DNA of 64,000 nucleotides, from NCBI RefSeq assembly GCF_009914755.1, contig NC_060934.1; one strand, written 5' to 3'. The DNA comes from the human T2T-CHM13v2.0 reference genome, Homo sapiens. The notes beneath the pieces were generated by a model. It saw nothing but the letters and a program-made list of their open reading frames with translations. It was not told the origin of the DNA and did not search any database. A program made the translations under genes and the position numbers. Positions 13,321 to 25,205 of this stretch are shown in pieces; the stretch's first letter is position 1, and each line of letters begins with the position of its first letter.

Positions 13321-14769
13321 GGGTTTTCCTCACAAAATGCTTCCTATGCACATAGCAGTGACTGTATAGGCATTTCGTTATTTAATGGAGGAAGAAATAA
13401 AGGAAAGGCAAGCAGGAGAGAAGAAGGAATAAAAGAGAAAAATGTTCCAAAGGTGGTTAACTTCCACAGTGATGAAATCTCATCTGGACTGGGACTGCTG
13501 ATGAAGCCCAGAACTTTGACACAATCCTGAGGTCAGCATTTTGCAAGCTTCCATTCCCCTTACATCTTATTTGACATTCTGGGAGCCAGATCATTGCACT
13601 GGCACAACCTAGAAACCTCATAGGGCTCAGGCCTCCTTCCTCCTGCCCCTTCCTCTTAGCCCCATACTATAGAGGTTTCTCCAACTGCACAGAAGGAAAA
13701 TGACTCTCATTCACCCCCAGCACCAGAGTCAAAGAGTTATTCTTACCCAGAAAATGGATATAAGCATAACAATAATAAAGCCTACACCACAAAGTGATTA
13801 GTCTATGTAACCTGGGAGTGATATTAGGCAATAGGAACCAAGAGACAGAGATTTTGAAAGCATTTTCTGTTACGGGATAGCAGAAGCCTTGAGCCCAGAT
13901 GATCTAGCTACCAAGACAGTGTAAGGGGTAAAAGATGGGTCTTCCCATATCTAATTTTACCTTTCATAGTCCGTAATCAGAAGGTGAATAGTACTTGCTT
14001 TCAGTACCAGTAAGTCTTCTTTAGTTTATACATGTAACTCAGATATGAAGATAACCAAATAAATCACCTTTCTTTCTACAACAGTTAAAAGAGAAAATGA
14101 TCAGTACATTACTTTGTAAGATTAGAGGGGACTCTGTTTCTGATAAGCTTGAAGGCTGTGTTCAGGGAAATGAGTCATAGGAGTGAGGTGCACCTGCCCA
14201 CCGTGACTGTGTACATCTCAAGGTCGGCAGCCAAGAGTGTCTGCCTCTATGTGGCCTCCAAAGACCCTGGGCTCAGACATTCAAACATTCAGTAAGAACA
14301 TCTGCAACTGAACTGAAAGAAATGGAATGGAATGGAGTAGAACATTCACATAATTCCACACTGATTGAGAAGCAGTACAGTATAGTGTAATGTGCTTCCA
14401 CTAAAAAACCTGAGGCTCAAGGGTGAGATTGCCTGAGAAACATCATGTGACCTTAGTCAATTCATGTGACTATCCTATGTTTCACTGTCATCCCCTGAAA
14501 ACCAGGAGCAGAAGTTCTTAATATCTAACCTCTTCACCAGTGAAATCATATGGGTAAAAGAGGGTTGAGAGCTATAAAACTGACCAAAAATTGATATCGT
14601 ATTAGCAATATTAAAATAATTATTATCTTTGGCAGAATGAATTTGGGCAGACTTCAGTTTGAATCCTACCTCAATCACATACTAATTATGGCTTTAAGGA
14701 AGCTAATTAACCCTTTTTAGCCTCAAGTTTTGTTTCCTTAAATTAGAACACATATTAACATTGATAGCA

Positions 14770-16225
14770 GGTCCTCGTGAATTTCAATCTTCATCAATGC
14801 TCTAATCGCTTTGAAATTTATATTTCTATATCAGGTTTCTTCCCTGAGCTCCAGACTGAAATGGCCAGGCTCCAGCTTGACATCTCCACTTGAATACCTA
14901 ATAGACAACTCAGAGTCAAAAATTTCAAATATACAACCTTCCATCCCAAAACTCCTCAAACACATCACACACTAATCTTTTATTTTCCAAATATTCCATC
15001 ATCTCAGTTACAAACACCTTTATCTACCTCATTACTTAAGCCAAAGATTTCAGAGTCATCCTTGATTTCACCTTGCACACAAAAGCCATCTGCTAGCCAT
15101 GTTTACTCTACTTCAGAACTCTATCCAGAAACTGCACCATATCTATTACTACCTCCCAAATCCCAGCCACCATTATCACCTGGATCACTGAAACTGCTTT
15201 GTAACAGATATCCCTATTTTTACTCGGGCCTCAAGGTGACAGGCAGTTACTATTCATCAAATATCAATATGTTCTTCTAAATTTCTCAGCTTCATTCCAG
15301 TGAGTTTGGGGCCATGTGCCTGAGTTCTAACAAATGGGAATGTTAGCAATGGGGTCTCTTGCTTCTGGCTCAGAGCACTTAAGAGCCTGTGTGCTTATCC
15401 TTCCATCTCTTCTTTAGTGGCAGCCATATAGTTCACAAGTTGATGGGGTAGAATAACAGGATAGATGTTGCCTGGATCCCTGAGTCACTGCATGGAGAAG
15501 ACATTCCCTAGAGAAACACCTGGCCACATCAGGCTTTCTGTGAACAAGAAATAAACCTCTATTGCATTAAGCCTCTAAAAATAACAGTCTAGCCTATCCT
15601 GACCATAATACATCCCCTACATAGGACACAGAGTGACATTTCAGAAACATAAATCATGTTATACTACTCCTTCATTTAAAATGTTCCCTTGGCACCCATT
15701 TAAAATAAGATCCAAATTCCCAAGCATAACCTACAACATTCTATACGATCTGACCACTGCCTAGCTAATAATATCCTATCACTTCCTCCTAGTAATCTAA
15801 AACAGCCACACTGGCCCACTTTCTGTTCCTCAGACAGTCCAAAACTATTCCCAGTTTAGAGCCTTTGTACATGCTCTCCTTCTGGAAACATTTTCACCCC
15901 AGAACTACTCTTAATAGACTTCTTGCATTAGTCAGTTATCATTTTCCCTAAAGGGATTCCTTATCATCCTAAGTAGACTCCCCTACTAAGTCCTTCTCTG
16001 TCCTGTATTCCTATTGTAGTTTTCAATAGTATTCATAACTATATAAAATGATCCAACTTATTTTATTATTTAGTTTCTAAACTTTTATAGATTTCTTGTC
16101 TATCTCCCCTCACTGGAATATAAGCTGCATGAGGACAGAGTATTGTTTGACCTATTTTCAGCAGGTCCTTCAGCACTTATTAAAATGCCTGGCACAGAGC
16201 AGGCACTCAATAAAAATGAATGATT
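14770..16225 (+). mobile_element. L2 LINE fragment, interrupted by an MLT1 LTR
   Basis: CTCCAGACT..GACATCTCCACTTGAATA, and 3' tail TGCCTGGCACAGAGCAGGCACTCAATAAAAATGAATGA. Confidence 0.75.
15240..15612 (+). mobile_element. MLT1J-like solo LTR
   Basis: GGCCATGTGCCTGAGTTCT, GCCTGGATCCCTGAGTCACTGCATGGAG, GTGAACAAGAAATAAACCTCTATTG, ending ATAATACA. Confidence 0.7.
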
Positions 16226-16549
16226 ATTACTATCATTACCATAAATTATAAAGATATGCATACCTATTTTTACAGTTAGCTGAATTCCAACAGGAGCATC
16301 TATTCTTAGGTGACTAGGGTGTAGATCTGGAAGAATCTTAATACATGATCATACAGCGCTCTCCCTCAACAAAAATTCAGAGAAGATTCAGCTGTGCTCA
16401 AAAGCACACAACTCTTCTGACCCATCACCAGGGAAGAATTTGGTCACCTGATCATCAGCTGTGATTGGCTGAAAGATATGATTACTCCTATTTTAAGAGC
16501 AAGGCTTCTGCCCAACCTCATAGGCAGAACAACTTGCAATGTAAAATGT

Positions 16550-17130
16550 GAATAATTGAAAGGAAAGAAAACCAGAGCAAATACTTTCACAAAGAGAATA
16601 AGTAATTAGCTAGCAAGCATGGAAATATGTCCAATCTACTAACATAAAAAGCAAGTTGTCATGTTATGCTATTTCTACTTCGATTTTTGCTTATAAAATA
16701 TTTTTAAAATGAAATACCTAGCAATGATATCTAGAAATGAGCACAATGACAATACAGGGTAAACTGATACTCTGTGGAAGGTAACATAGCACTATGCATC
16801 AAAAGCCTAACAAATATATCTCTTGATCAGTAATTTAAATTCCAGGGAACTATCCTAGGGAAGGACTCCTATAGCTTAATGACAGAAACAAAAGTAATGC
16901 ACAAAGATGATCATCAGAGAACTAAACATAATGGCCAAAACAAACAAAAAAGGAAACTACCCAAAATCCAATTATATGAGAATTGTAAAGTAGTTACGGT
17001 CCACCTCCTGGATATAACAGTAGGCAGCATTAAAAATAATGATCAGAGATTGTATTAACATTAGAAAATATTATGACCCACAATGTTGGATAGTAATTGA
17101 ATAGGAATCTTGTAACAGTTGAAGAAATGT
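16550..17130 (+). mobile_element. Highly diverged L1ME-type fragment
   Basis: Degenerate ORF2-end motifs such as CTTGATACAGTAATTTAAATTCCAGGGAACTATCCTAGGGAA. Confidence 0.5.
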
Positions 17131-18459
17131 TCAGGTTGATAGAAATAGAATGTGTTGGATAGGTGGGCCCAGAGGGGGCTCTGGGAGAAAAGGACATGAG
17201 ATGAGGGAGATTCTAGGTGTTTACATTCTTGCAATCTCAGGAGAGAAGAGAGCCATGAATGTATAAGAATCTAACTAAACGGAGCAGAAAGTCTGGCTGA
17301 GCCAGAATTTCGAAGGCACCTCTTCTGGTTGCCCTGGTTACAGGCCCCCTTCTCTTGGTAGTGTTATTATAAATGACACAAGTCACATGCAAATGAAATG
17401 AGCAGATATTAGGGTAGCGCCAGGTTGGCTCTAAGAAGCTTTGCCTTGGGACCAGATTTCAAGAAGAGTTTGAGAAGGGTTTGCACAGGAGACAAAGGTG
17501 ATATTAGAAAGAAAGCATCACATCCAAGATAAGAAAAGACTGCTGCTGAAAGCTTGAGAAAATCATGTCTTCTGCAATCCCATTGAGATAGCCCTCATCA
17601 CATCAATGGGTCCACATGGCTTCCCTTGTTCAGTCTGGTCCCTTTCGTCACATGGAAGAGGAAGCCTCAGGACCAAAACTTAGTAGAGCTCAATCTCCCC
17701 AGTGGCTTTTGAGGGCCCGTATAGGTAAAAGGTGGGGAATGAAAACTATATTATTTAAAAAAGAAAAACATATATTCTTATTACAACCATATACACATTT
17801 AATATTATACATGTGTGCACACATATATGTATGGTATGTGGCATGAAGATATATAATAGACAGATCCAAAAATTAATGATTTAAGTAAAAAAATTATTGT
17901 TAAATTTATTTAAAATTTAATGCATTTAAAAAACTTTCCATAATGAGCTTGATGTGCTTTTATAATGAGCAAAATTAAGTATGATTTTAAATAAAGTGAA
18001 ATTTTAAATAATTTTATGCAAGCCCAGGGTTGTGAACTTGCTATGGCCAAGTCAATGACTAGCTGAAAGTAACCATCCCCATATTTCTGCTAGTCAGCCT
18101 ACTCTGACTAGTCAGGTTAGAGCCACATCTGCCTTCCCAAAATGGCCTTTCTTTAATCCACATTATTTAATGAAGCTTGGAATAGACAAACTGTAGAAAG
18201 AGTCGATGACCCTCTTGAGTGTATCTTTATGAGCCTTGTAATTGGTATAAGACCAAAGCACATACAATCTCAGCTCTCCGGCCCTTTATGAGTTAGAATT
18301 GGTGGGAAACACATCCCAGAGCTGGCCCTGAGTTCACAGTCTTGGAGACACACTCAAACTGGAGAAAGTCCAGAAATGATGACTTGCACTCACAAGGTAA
18401 AATTTGAGACATGACTGACTACCTTTGTGATGTGGAAGGCCTTGGAGGTGACCTCATGC

Positions 18460-19137
18460 CAAGGTCAAAACATTTCCTGTACATGACCCCTGTGAAAAAA
18501 TGCTAAGCCTCACACCAATATACGACTGCTTATTTACAAATGATATACATATATATACTAACATATTGTGTATATTACAAAATAGATATAAAATGGAATT
18601 TTGACAAGTGGAGATACAGATAAATTTTGTTAAATGTCTTGCCTGACTTGAGAGATCATATTGTAATTAATGAATATTTCAAGACCCAATATATACTTAT
18701 GGCAAGGTTCATTATTAACCACTATAAATTTGATTTGATATTTTAAATATTCTATTGCTAACTTGGAATTTTTAACCAATTTCCTGTAATACCAGAATAT
18801 ACTGTTATTTTTTCTACCTCATAATATGGCTGACAAGGAGCTGAGACTGAGAGTTAAAGAAATGTCCACTCATCCATTTTCATATTGTAAGCTATGTTTG
18901 CCTTTATTAATATTTTCAATCTGTCCATTACTAAAAGGTAACTTTTAAGTTTTTTTCAAATTCCTCTAAGGGTTATTTTAGTTAAAAATCAATATTATAC
19001 ATAAATTCCCTACCAGGTGGATATAAATTATAATACATTACAGCTTATAGAAATCAAATAAAAACTTAGGGCATTCTGGCAAACCATCTGTGTTCTGAAA
19101 TCCTACTTTTCCCTCGGGTATCTCATGTCCCACACTT
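18460..19137. mobile_element. Probable hAT-Charlie (Charlie18a-like) relic
   Basis: AT-rich body TTATTTACAAATGATATACAT..TGTATATTACAAAA and end GGGTATCTCATGTCCCACACTT resemble the recalled consensus. Confidence 0.35.
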
Positions 19138-19417
19138 CAGTGCTGCTGAGAGTGTGATCCACAGATCGGTGCCAGCCTTCAAACTCTTCCTAGTCTTCAA
19201 TGAGATAAGCAGAGAAATCAAAAGTGTTTATAAACATCTAGCAATTTCACAGATTACACTATGTCATCTGATTTAACTAGAAGAGGGAGGGACTTGTATT
19301 CTGTGTATCTTTAATGTTTTAGAAATTCATTTTATTATACTCTATAAAAATATGGGTTGGTGGAAGATTGAAAATTAAAATAAGTGGTCCTTTACTGCAA
19401 ATAGTTGAGAAGCACTG
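19138..19417. mobile_element. hAT-Charlie non-autonomous element (Charlie4-like)
   Basis: Terminal inverted repeats CAGTGCTGCTGA / TGAGAAGCACTG. Internal GAGATAAGCAGAGAAAT..TAGCAATTTCACA. Confidence 0.6.
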
Positions 19418-19459
19418 CCATGTGTGGCACATGGGCAGACTGACATGTAGACAGTGAGG

Positions 19460-20076
19460 GCACTGTCAAGCACACAGCAGGCAAGGCCAGGACCAAGGCC
19501 TAAATGATTCGGCTGGTAAAGAGATGACAAGCCACTTAAGGATTCAGAGAGTTTATTACTTATATGGACAGAGAGAGGAAGAATAGCCAAACATGCCCAC
19601 TCCCTGTGTCTTCCTACATGCCAGAAAAGATGACACTAAAACCAAAGGGTCTTGGTGACTGTAACTCCAGCTGTGAGATATCCCATTGCTGGGGAGCCAA
19701 TTCTAGACTTTATCTGGTCTAAATTACTATAACTTCAGTTGTGGAATACTCCATTGCTGAGAAGCCAATTCTAGACTTCACTTAAGCACTTTTATAGCCT
19801 ACAGCTATGTCCTGATAGGTGTAGGGCAGAAAGCCTCACACCTCATGAAGTGTAATGAAAAACTGTCTCAGGACAGCCTCCCACGGGGAATAGGAAGGGG
19901 AGTGGGAGATGGCCTCATAGCAGCTCCTCAGAGGCCTCCCTTCTTCTTGTGTTCCGGAAGGATTGCAAGGTGATACACCAAGACTTTCATTAGCTGTAGT
20001 TTAAGCCTTTGCTTGTATGGCCCTTCTGGACACATACAAGGTCATCAGGCAATCATGGCAAAGCCATTCCCCTATA
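19460..20076 (-). mobile_element. Old ERVL-type solo LTR (MER54/73/74-like, subfamily uncertain)
   Basis: Minus-strand AATAAA at TTTATT (~19552), minus-strand start TATAGGGGAATGGCTTTGCC, LTR-like length. Confidence 0.4.
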
Positions 20077-20389
20077 AGCACCAGTGCTAATGCACATAGC
20101 AAATATTGTAAAGCTTAAATTCTTTTCTTAAGTTTTAAGAAAAAAAAACTAAAAAGAAATTTCTAATTTTATCCTCCATCACCCAGTGATGTGACAATTT
20201 CACTCATGAGAGCACTGATCTTGTGAAATCTTCATACAAAGCCAGAAATCACATGCCACCAGCCTAAATGACTACCCAGACACTCAACAGATGGGGGGAG
20301 GGGACTCACTTCCATCAGAAATGTCATTTTTCAAATGTGGGCAATAGTTCACAGAGTTGTTTCTTCTATCAAAGCATCAATATATTCAG

Positions 20390-20760
20390 TAATTAAACAA
20401 ACATTTATTGAAGGCTGCCACATGCCAGAAACTGACAGGCACAGGTCACAGAAATGAAGTATAGATCCTGTCCTAGAGAAATGTCTGGTCTAGAAGGGAG
20501 AAAGATAGAATAAAAGAAAGTAATTAAAATCATGAGTTACATATGAGAAAAAGGTTTGTAGAATGCACTGAGGAGAAACAGAGAAAAGAGTGATCCTCTG
20601 AGCATATGAGACTAGGGAAAGGTATGACAAAGAGAGTGAGATATGATTAAAGTTAAAGAGTGAATAGAATTTCCCCAAACAGAGACTTACATAAAGCTCA
20701 TTACTGATCAAAGAAAGAGCATATGAAAAGCAATGGTGGTAAAAAGAGAGCATACTATGC
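20390..20760 (-). mobile_element. L2 3' end
   Basis: AACAAACATTTATTGAAGGCTGCCACATGCCAG is the reverse L2 tail. Confidence 0.55.
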
Positions 20761-20844
20761 TCAGAGATACTCTTTTCCCCAAAAACTTCTCATTTCCTTG
20801 ACTTACATCCAGTGGGCCAAGAGAAAGACAACAAGGCATAATAA

Positions 20845-21062
20845 ATAGAGGCTGGGTTTGGGGGTCAAACTTTGGTTCAAATTCTAGTTCCTCCCCTTGC
20901 AGACTGTGTGACCTTGGGCAGGAAACTCTTTGATTCTATTTCTTCACCCACAAAATAATGGAATTAATGCCTACCTACCTTAAAAAGTTATTTATAGGAT
21001 TAAGAGTAGGCTGCATATAAAATGACTGGCATATTGGAGGTACTAAATTTATTTTTATCATT
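20845..21062 (+). mobile_element. MIR SINE
   Basis: GGTTCAAATTCTAGTTC..CTGTGTGACCTTGGGCAG..TGCCTACCT..AGGATTAA. Confidence 0.7.
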
Positions 21063-21309
21063 GTTACAATTTTTCTTAAAGAGCTTGGGATGCTTTTGAA
21101 TCAGCCTAGTCTTTCTGGTACAGGATGGCCCTCTTGGAATATGAAGCAGCCCGATCATGAGCCTGTGGGTTTTTAGTCTTTTCTTCTCCCTAGTTCCCCC
21201 CACTATTCCTTATGAAGCCTGTTTTGGCCGGCCCTTTTTCATAGGCTAGTAGAGGGGCTGCTAGAAAGGGTCCTAGGACTCCAGGCCTGGTCAAACTTGC
21301 GCAAGCATT

Positions 21310-21710
21310 TCAGTTACCTATTGAAGCAAAACAAACCACCCCCAAACCTAATGGCTTCAAGCAGCCACAATGTATTATTTCTAACAGTTCAATGAGCTAA
21401 TGGAGCCTGCTCCTGGGATTTCATTCAGCTGGAAGATCAATAGGTCCTGGGTTCAGCTGAGCCGGCTGAGATGACTTGGCCTTTCTCTCCACGTGGTTTC
21501 CGTCCTTGGTTCTTCAGCACCTGCCCAGTTCAGGATGGCGTCCAAGGGAACAAAACAGAAGCTGCGTGGTCTCTTGAGGCTCCAGAACTTCTGCAATGTC
21601 ACTTCTGCCACATGCTAGTGGTCAAAGCAAGTCGCAGGAGTGCCAGGATTCCCAGAGTAAAGCAAAGGACTCTTCTGAAAGGTAAGAGCATCAAATTCAC
21701 ATTGCCAAGG
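21310..21710 (-). mobile_element. MLT1-family LTR
   Basis: CAGTTACCTATTG..AACAAACCACCCCCAAACCTAATGGCTT and TGTCACTTCTGCCACATGCTAGTGGTCAAAGCAAGTC. Confidence 0.65.
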
Positions 21711-22141
21711 AGGGCGCTCATGCTCTGCTGGCGTGAGAGCGTGAGAAAACCTGAGGCAGCTGGTACCACTCTCACTTCTCAGCCCTTGAAGTGGCACTTC
21801 CGCTCGGGCACCCCTGGGCACTCTGCTGGGGCCATAAGCACACGTGTTGGGGCCCTGACACCCTTGCCCAAGAACCCCATTTCCTGGTGACCTAGATGGA
21901 AAAGGTCTGGAACAAACTTGAATTACACAGGCCTCTCCCCTGACCCCTGAACTTCCCTCATCTCATCCCTAAAACAAGGAGGTGGGACTCATACCTATCA
22001 GAGCCCTTCCCACAGGCCAAAGACATGTTGAGACCCTGCCATGCGCTGGACGCCACTGGTAACAGCTCAGGAACCTTCTCTCACTGTGGTCATCTCTCTC
22101 CTACCCTCAGCACCCATTCTCCTTCAACCCCCACCCACATG

Positions 22142-22880
22142 CAATAGTCCTCCCTTATCTGAGGGGGATACATTATGTTCCAATACCCCCCCTAGTGGGA
22201 GCCTGAAACCACAAATAGTACCGAACCCAATTGCCATCAACTGGAACACGTTTCTGTTCATGTTCTTCTCCCATAAATTTAATCCCCTTTTCATCTTAAC
22301 TAAGCACTTATCATGCACTGTGGCCGTAAATTTGCAGTTTGAGCTGTGAAGAATAAATTTCTTTTTCCTTCTTCACAATTTCATGGATAGAAGATTCGTT
22401 CTCGCCGTAGATCTTAGCAACCTCAGCATACAACTTTTTTCTTTCCTTATTATGTCTAGAGCTTTCACCTTTTCACTTAAAGGAAGCACTTTATGGCCTC
22501 TCTGTGGCATATCTGAATTGCCAGCAGCACTAATCTTGTACTTTGGGACCATTATTAAGTCAAATAAGGGTTACTTGAACACAAGCATTGAAATCCTAAG
22601 ACAGACAATCTGATAACCAAGACAGGTACAAAGTGACCGACTGGTAGGCATTATCTACAGTGTGAATACACTGGACAAAGGGATGATTCATGTCCTAGGT
22701 GGGATGGAGCCAGATGGAGTGAGACTTCATCACGTTACTTAAAACAGCACTGCAGTCTAAAACTTACAAATTGTTTATTTCTGGAATTTACCATTTAATA
22801 TTTTGGGGCCATAGTTGATTGGTTGACTGTGGGTAACTGAAACCATGAAAACTGAAACCGCAAATAAGGGAATACTACTG
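22142..22880. mobile_element. MER44 (C-like, TcMar-Tigger) element, near full length
   Basis: TIRs CAATAGTCCTCCCTTATCTG / CAAATAAGGGAATACTACTG followed by TA. Internal GGACAAAGGGATGATTCATGTCC. Confidence 0.85.
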
Positions 22881-22929
22881 TATAGACACAGGCATTTGGC
22901 CCTCTGTCCATTTGTCACTTACACTGAGC

Positions 22930-23070
22930 TAACAGTTTTATAGGTTATGCCAGGTATTGCTCTGAGCACTGTACCAATATAAACTCCTCTAATCCTCAAG
23001 ACAACCTAATGAGGTAGGCACCATTACTGATTCCCTGTACAATGCGGAGACTGAGGCAAAGTGTAGTTTT
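22930..23070 (-). mobile_element. MIR SINE
   Basis: TAATCCTCAAGACAACCTAATGAGGTAGGCACCATTA..GAGACTGAGGCA. Confidence 0.65.
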
Positions 23071-24314
23071 ATAGCTTAAGGATTAATGACCGCCTTTTGG
23101 ATCAAAATGTTCTCATAGTCTGTCAGCTGCTTTTGTATAGCCCCTCCAAGGATCTACCTTCTAAAATGTACCTGAGTTAAGCATAGGATCTAAGGCATGG
23201 TAAGCAAACCAAGCCAACAGGGGGCAAACTTGGGGCGGCAGGGTTCACCCACTCAGCAGATGCTCCTCTACTGAGCTCAGGCACAGCCTCAATGCCTTCA
23301 ACTCCCCTTCAAGGTTCTACTACCTAATCTCGCTTGGAAGAACAAGCCTCTCACTGAGGAACACCTTCCTGGTCATTATCTGTGGATGAGAAGGAAAGTT
23401 TTCCCTATGGCCCAACCCAAGCCGAATGCTTATATGGCTACTGCTGCTGCTGTTGTGAGAACTGTCTTCAGGATGCTGAGAGGATCTGATGCCCAATCTG
23501 CACATGGGTGGAGTGAGGGCAGAAAATTCTCCCATCTGTCCATTCTGGGAGTTGGCATGCACAAGAAAACAGACATAATGATCTCTGATCAGGGAGGCAA
23601 TAAGAGACCACCAAATCTGGGTGGTCTTACAAACATTCAAAGCATCCACAGGATTGTGACTGACCTTGTTGCTAAGGGAAAGTGGGAAGAAGCTCACTTT
23701 GAGCAGAGTTCAGCAGCATCCTGAATAATGTGACAGAGCCTACTGGGGGACACTAAAGACGAGGAACAGGAGCTGAAGTTGGTCCATGTACTATGTATGG
23801 TGGTTGAGCTGAACCAGGTCAAATTCTAGCTCCATCCAAACACACTGTGTGAACCTAAGGATGTTACTGAAATCTCCAAGCCTGCTTTTGCAACTCCAAG
23901 GTGGGGACAGTCATTCCTACCTGCTATAAGATTCAATGATAAGCCAACTAAAAAGGGTCTGGTACATTCTTGGAGTTCAGTAAATATTGCAGCATGCTGC
24001 TACACTGGCAAGTATTCTAAGGGAAGTGTAAGCTCCAACCAGAACAGAAAGGCCAGGTAGGCAGGGGCCAGGAATTTTATATCGTAACACTCCTGGCACA
24101 GCCTCACACAGGCTGACCTTCCTTGGACATTGAGGCAGTCCTTGCAGATACACCAACAGAGGGAGTAGAGCATGGTGGTTAGAGTGCTCCTCTGCACTCC
24201 CACTCCTTGATTCCATTTCTGCATCTGTTACTATCTAGCTATAGCATTTGAGGCAAGTTTTATGGCCTCTTTGAACTTCAGATTTTTCATCTGTAAAGTG
24301 AAATCTATAACCAT

Positions 24315-24853
24315 TTTAATTATCTTTTGCTGCATTATCAAATAATTGCAAAACTTAGTAGCTTACAACAACAATCACTTTCACTTGTTTTATTTATTTG
24401 CTCACTCTTTTGCAGTTTGGACAGAGTTTGACAACAGCTCATCTCTGCTCCACGTGCCATCAGCCAGGGAAAACCACTAGGGGTGGGCAATTTCTTTCCA
24501 AGTTGACTTCACTCACATGGCTGGCAAGTTGGTGGGGCTGTGGTTTAGGAGCTCATCAGAGGGTAATTGTTGAGGCCTCAGTTTTCCTCCACATAGCTTC
24601 TCCTCATTGTTGAGCCTGGTAGCTTCAGGGTTTTCAAACTTTTTACATGGCATCTGGGTTTCTCCAGAGGGCAAAGTGCAGACTGCCAGGGATCATAAGC
24701 ACTGTCTCATAGTGTCTCACCATCAGTTCTACCATATCCTGTGGATTAAAGCAGGTATAGCCCTGCCCAAATTCAAGGGTAGGGTACTGCAAAAGTGCGT
24801 GGGTACTGGGAGGTATGATTTGATGGGGACCATCAGAATAGTAGCTCACCACA
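24315..24853 (-). mobile_element. MLT1K-like solo LTR
   Basis: AAAACTTAGTAGCTTACAACAAC, GCTCATCTCTGCTCCACGTG, CTTCACTCACATGGCTGGCAAGTTGGTG, ending CACCACA. Confidence 0.7.
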
Positions 24854-24944
24854 GCCTATCTTCCTCATAGGGCTATGGATAGGATTAAATGTACTAGAGC
24901 ATCTATGGCACTTGTCAAGTTGTGAGTGACCTGCTAGTACTGAA

Positions 24945-25205
24945 AGGCAGCACAGTGGAGAGCCTCCCACTATAAGCTGGTGGAACAGACTCCAGACAAG
25001 CTGCTCCATTCTCACTGCTCACTAGAGGACAAGCTGCTTAACCCCTGTGTGGTTCGAATTCTTCATCTATTAATATAAAACAGAGATAATAATAGCACTT
25101 GCCTTGTAGAATTGTTGTGAGGATTAAATAAGCTGATGTTTGTAAAGTGTTTAAAACCATGCCTAGGACATAGTAAACATGATGGAGATCCCTGCCATTA
25201 TTATA
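24945..25205 (+). mobile_element. MIR SINE, near full length
   Basis: GATAATAATAGCACTTGCCTTGTAGAATTGTTGTGAGGATTAAATAAG..TGTAAAGTGTTTA..GCCTAGGACATAGTAA. Confidence 0.8.

Noticed and set aside
23320-23724. Overlapping 125-aa and 112-aa ORFs
   Set aside because: No recognisable domain or splice context. Probably decayed repeat or neutral sequence.
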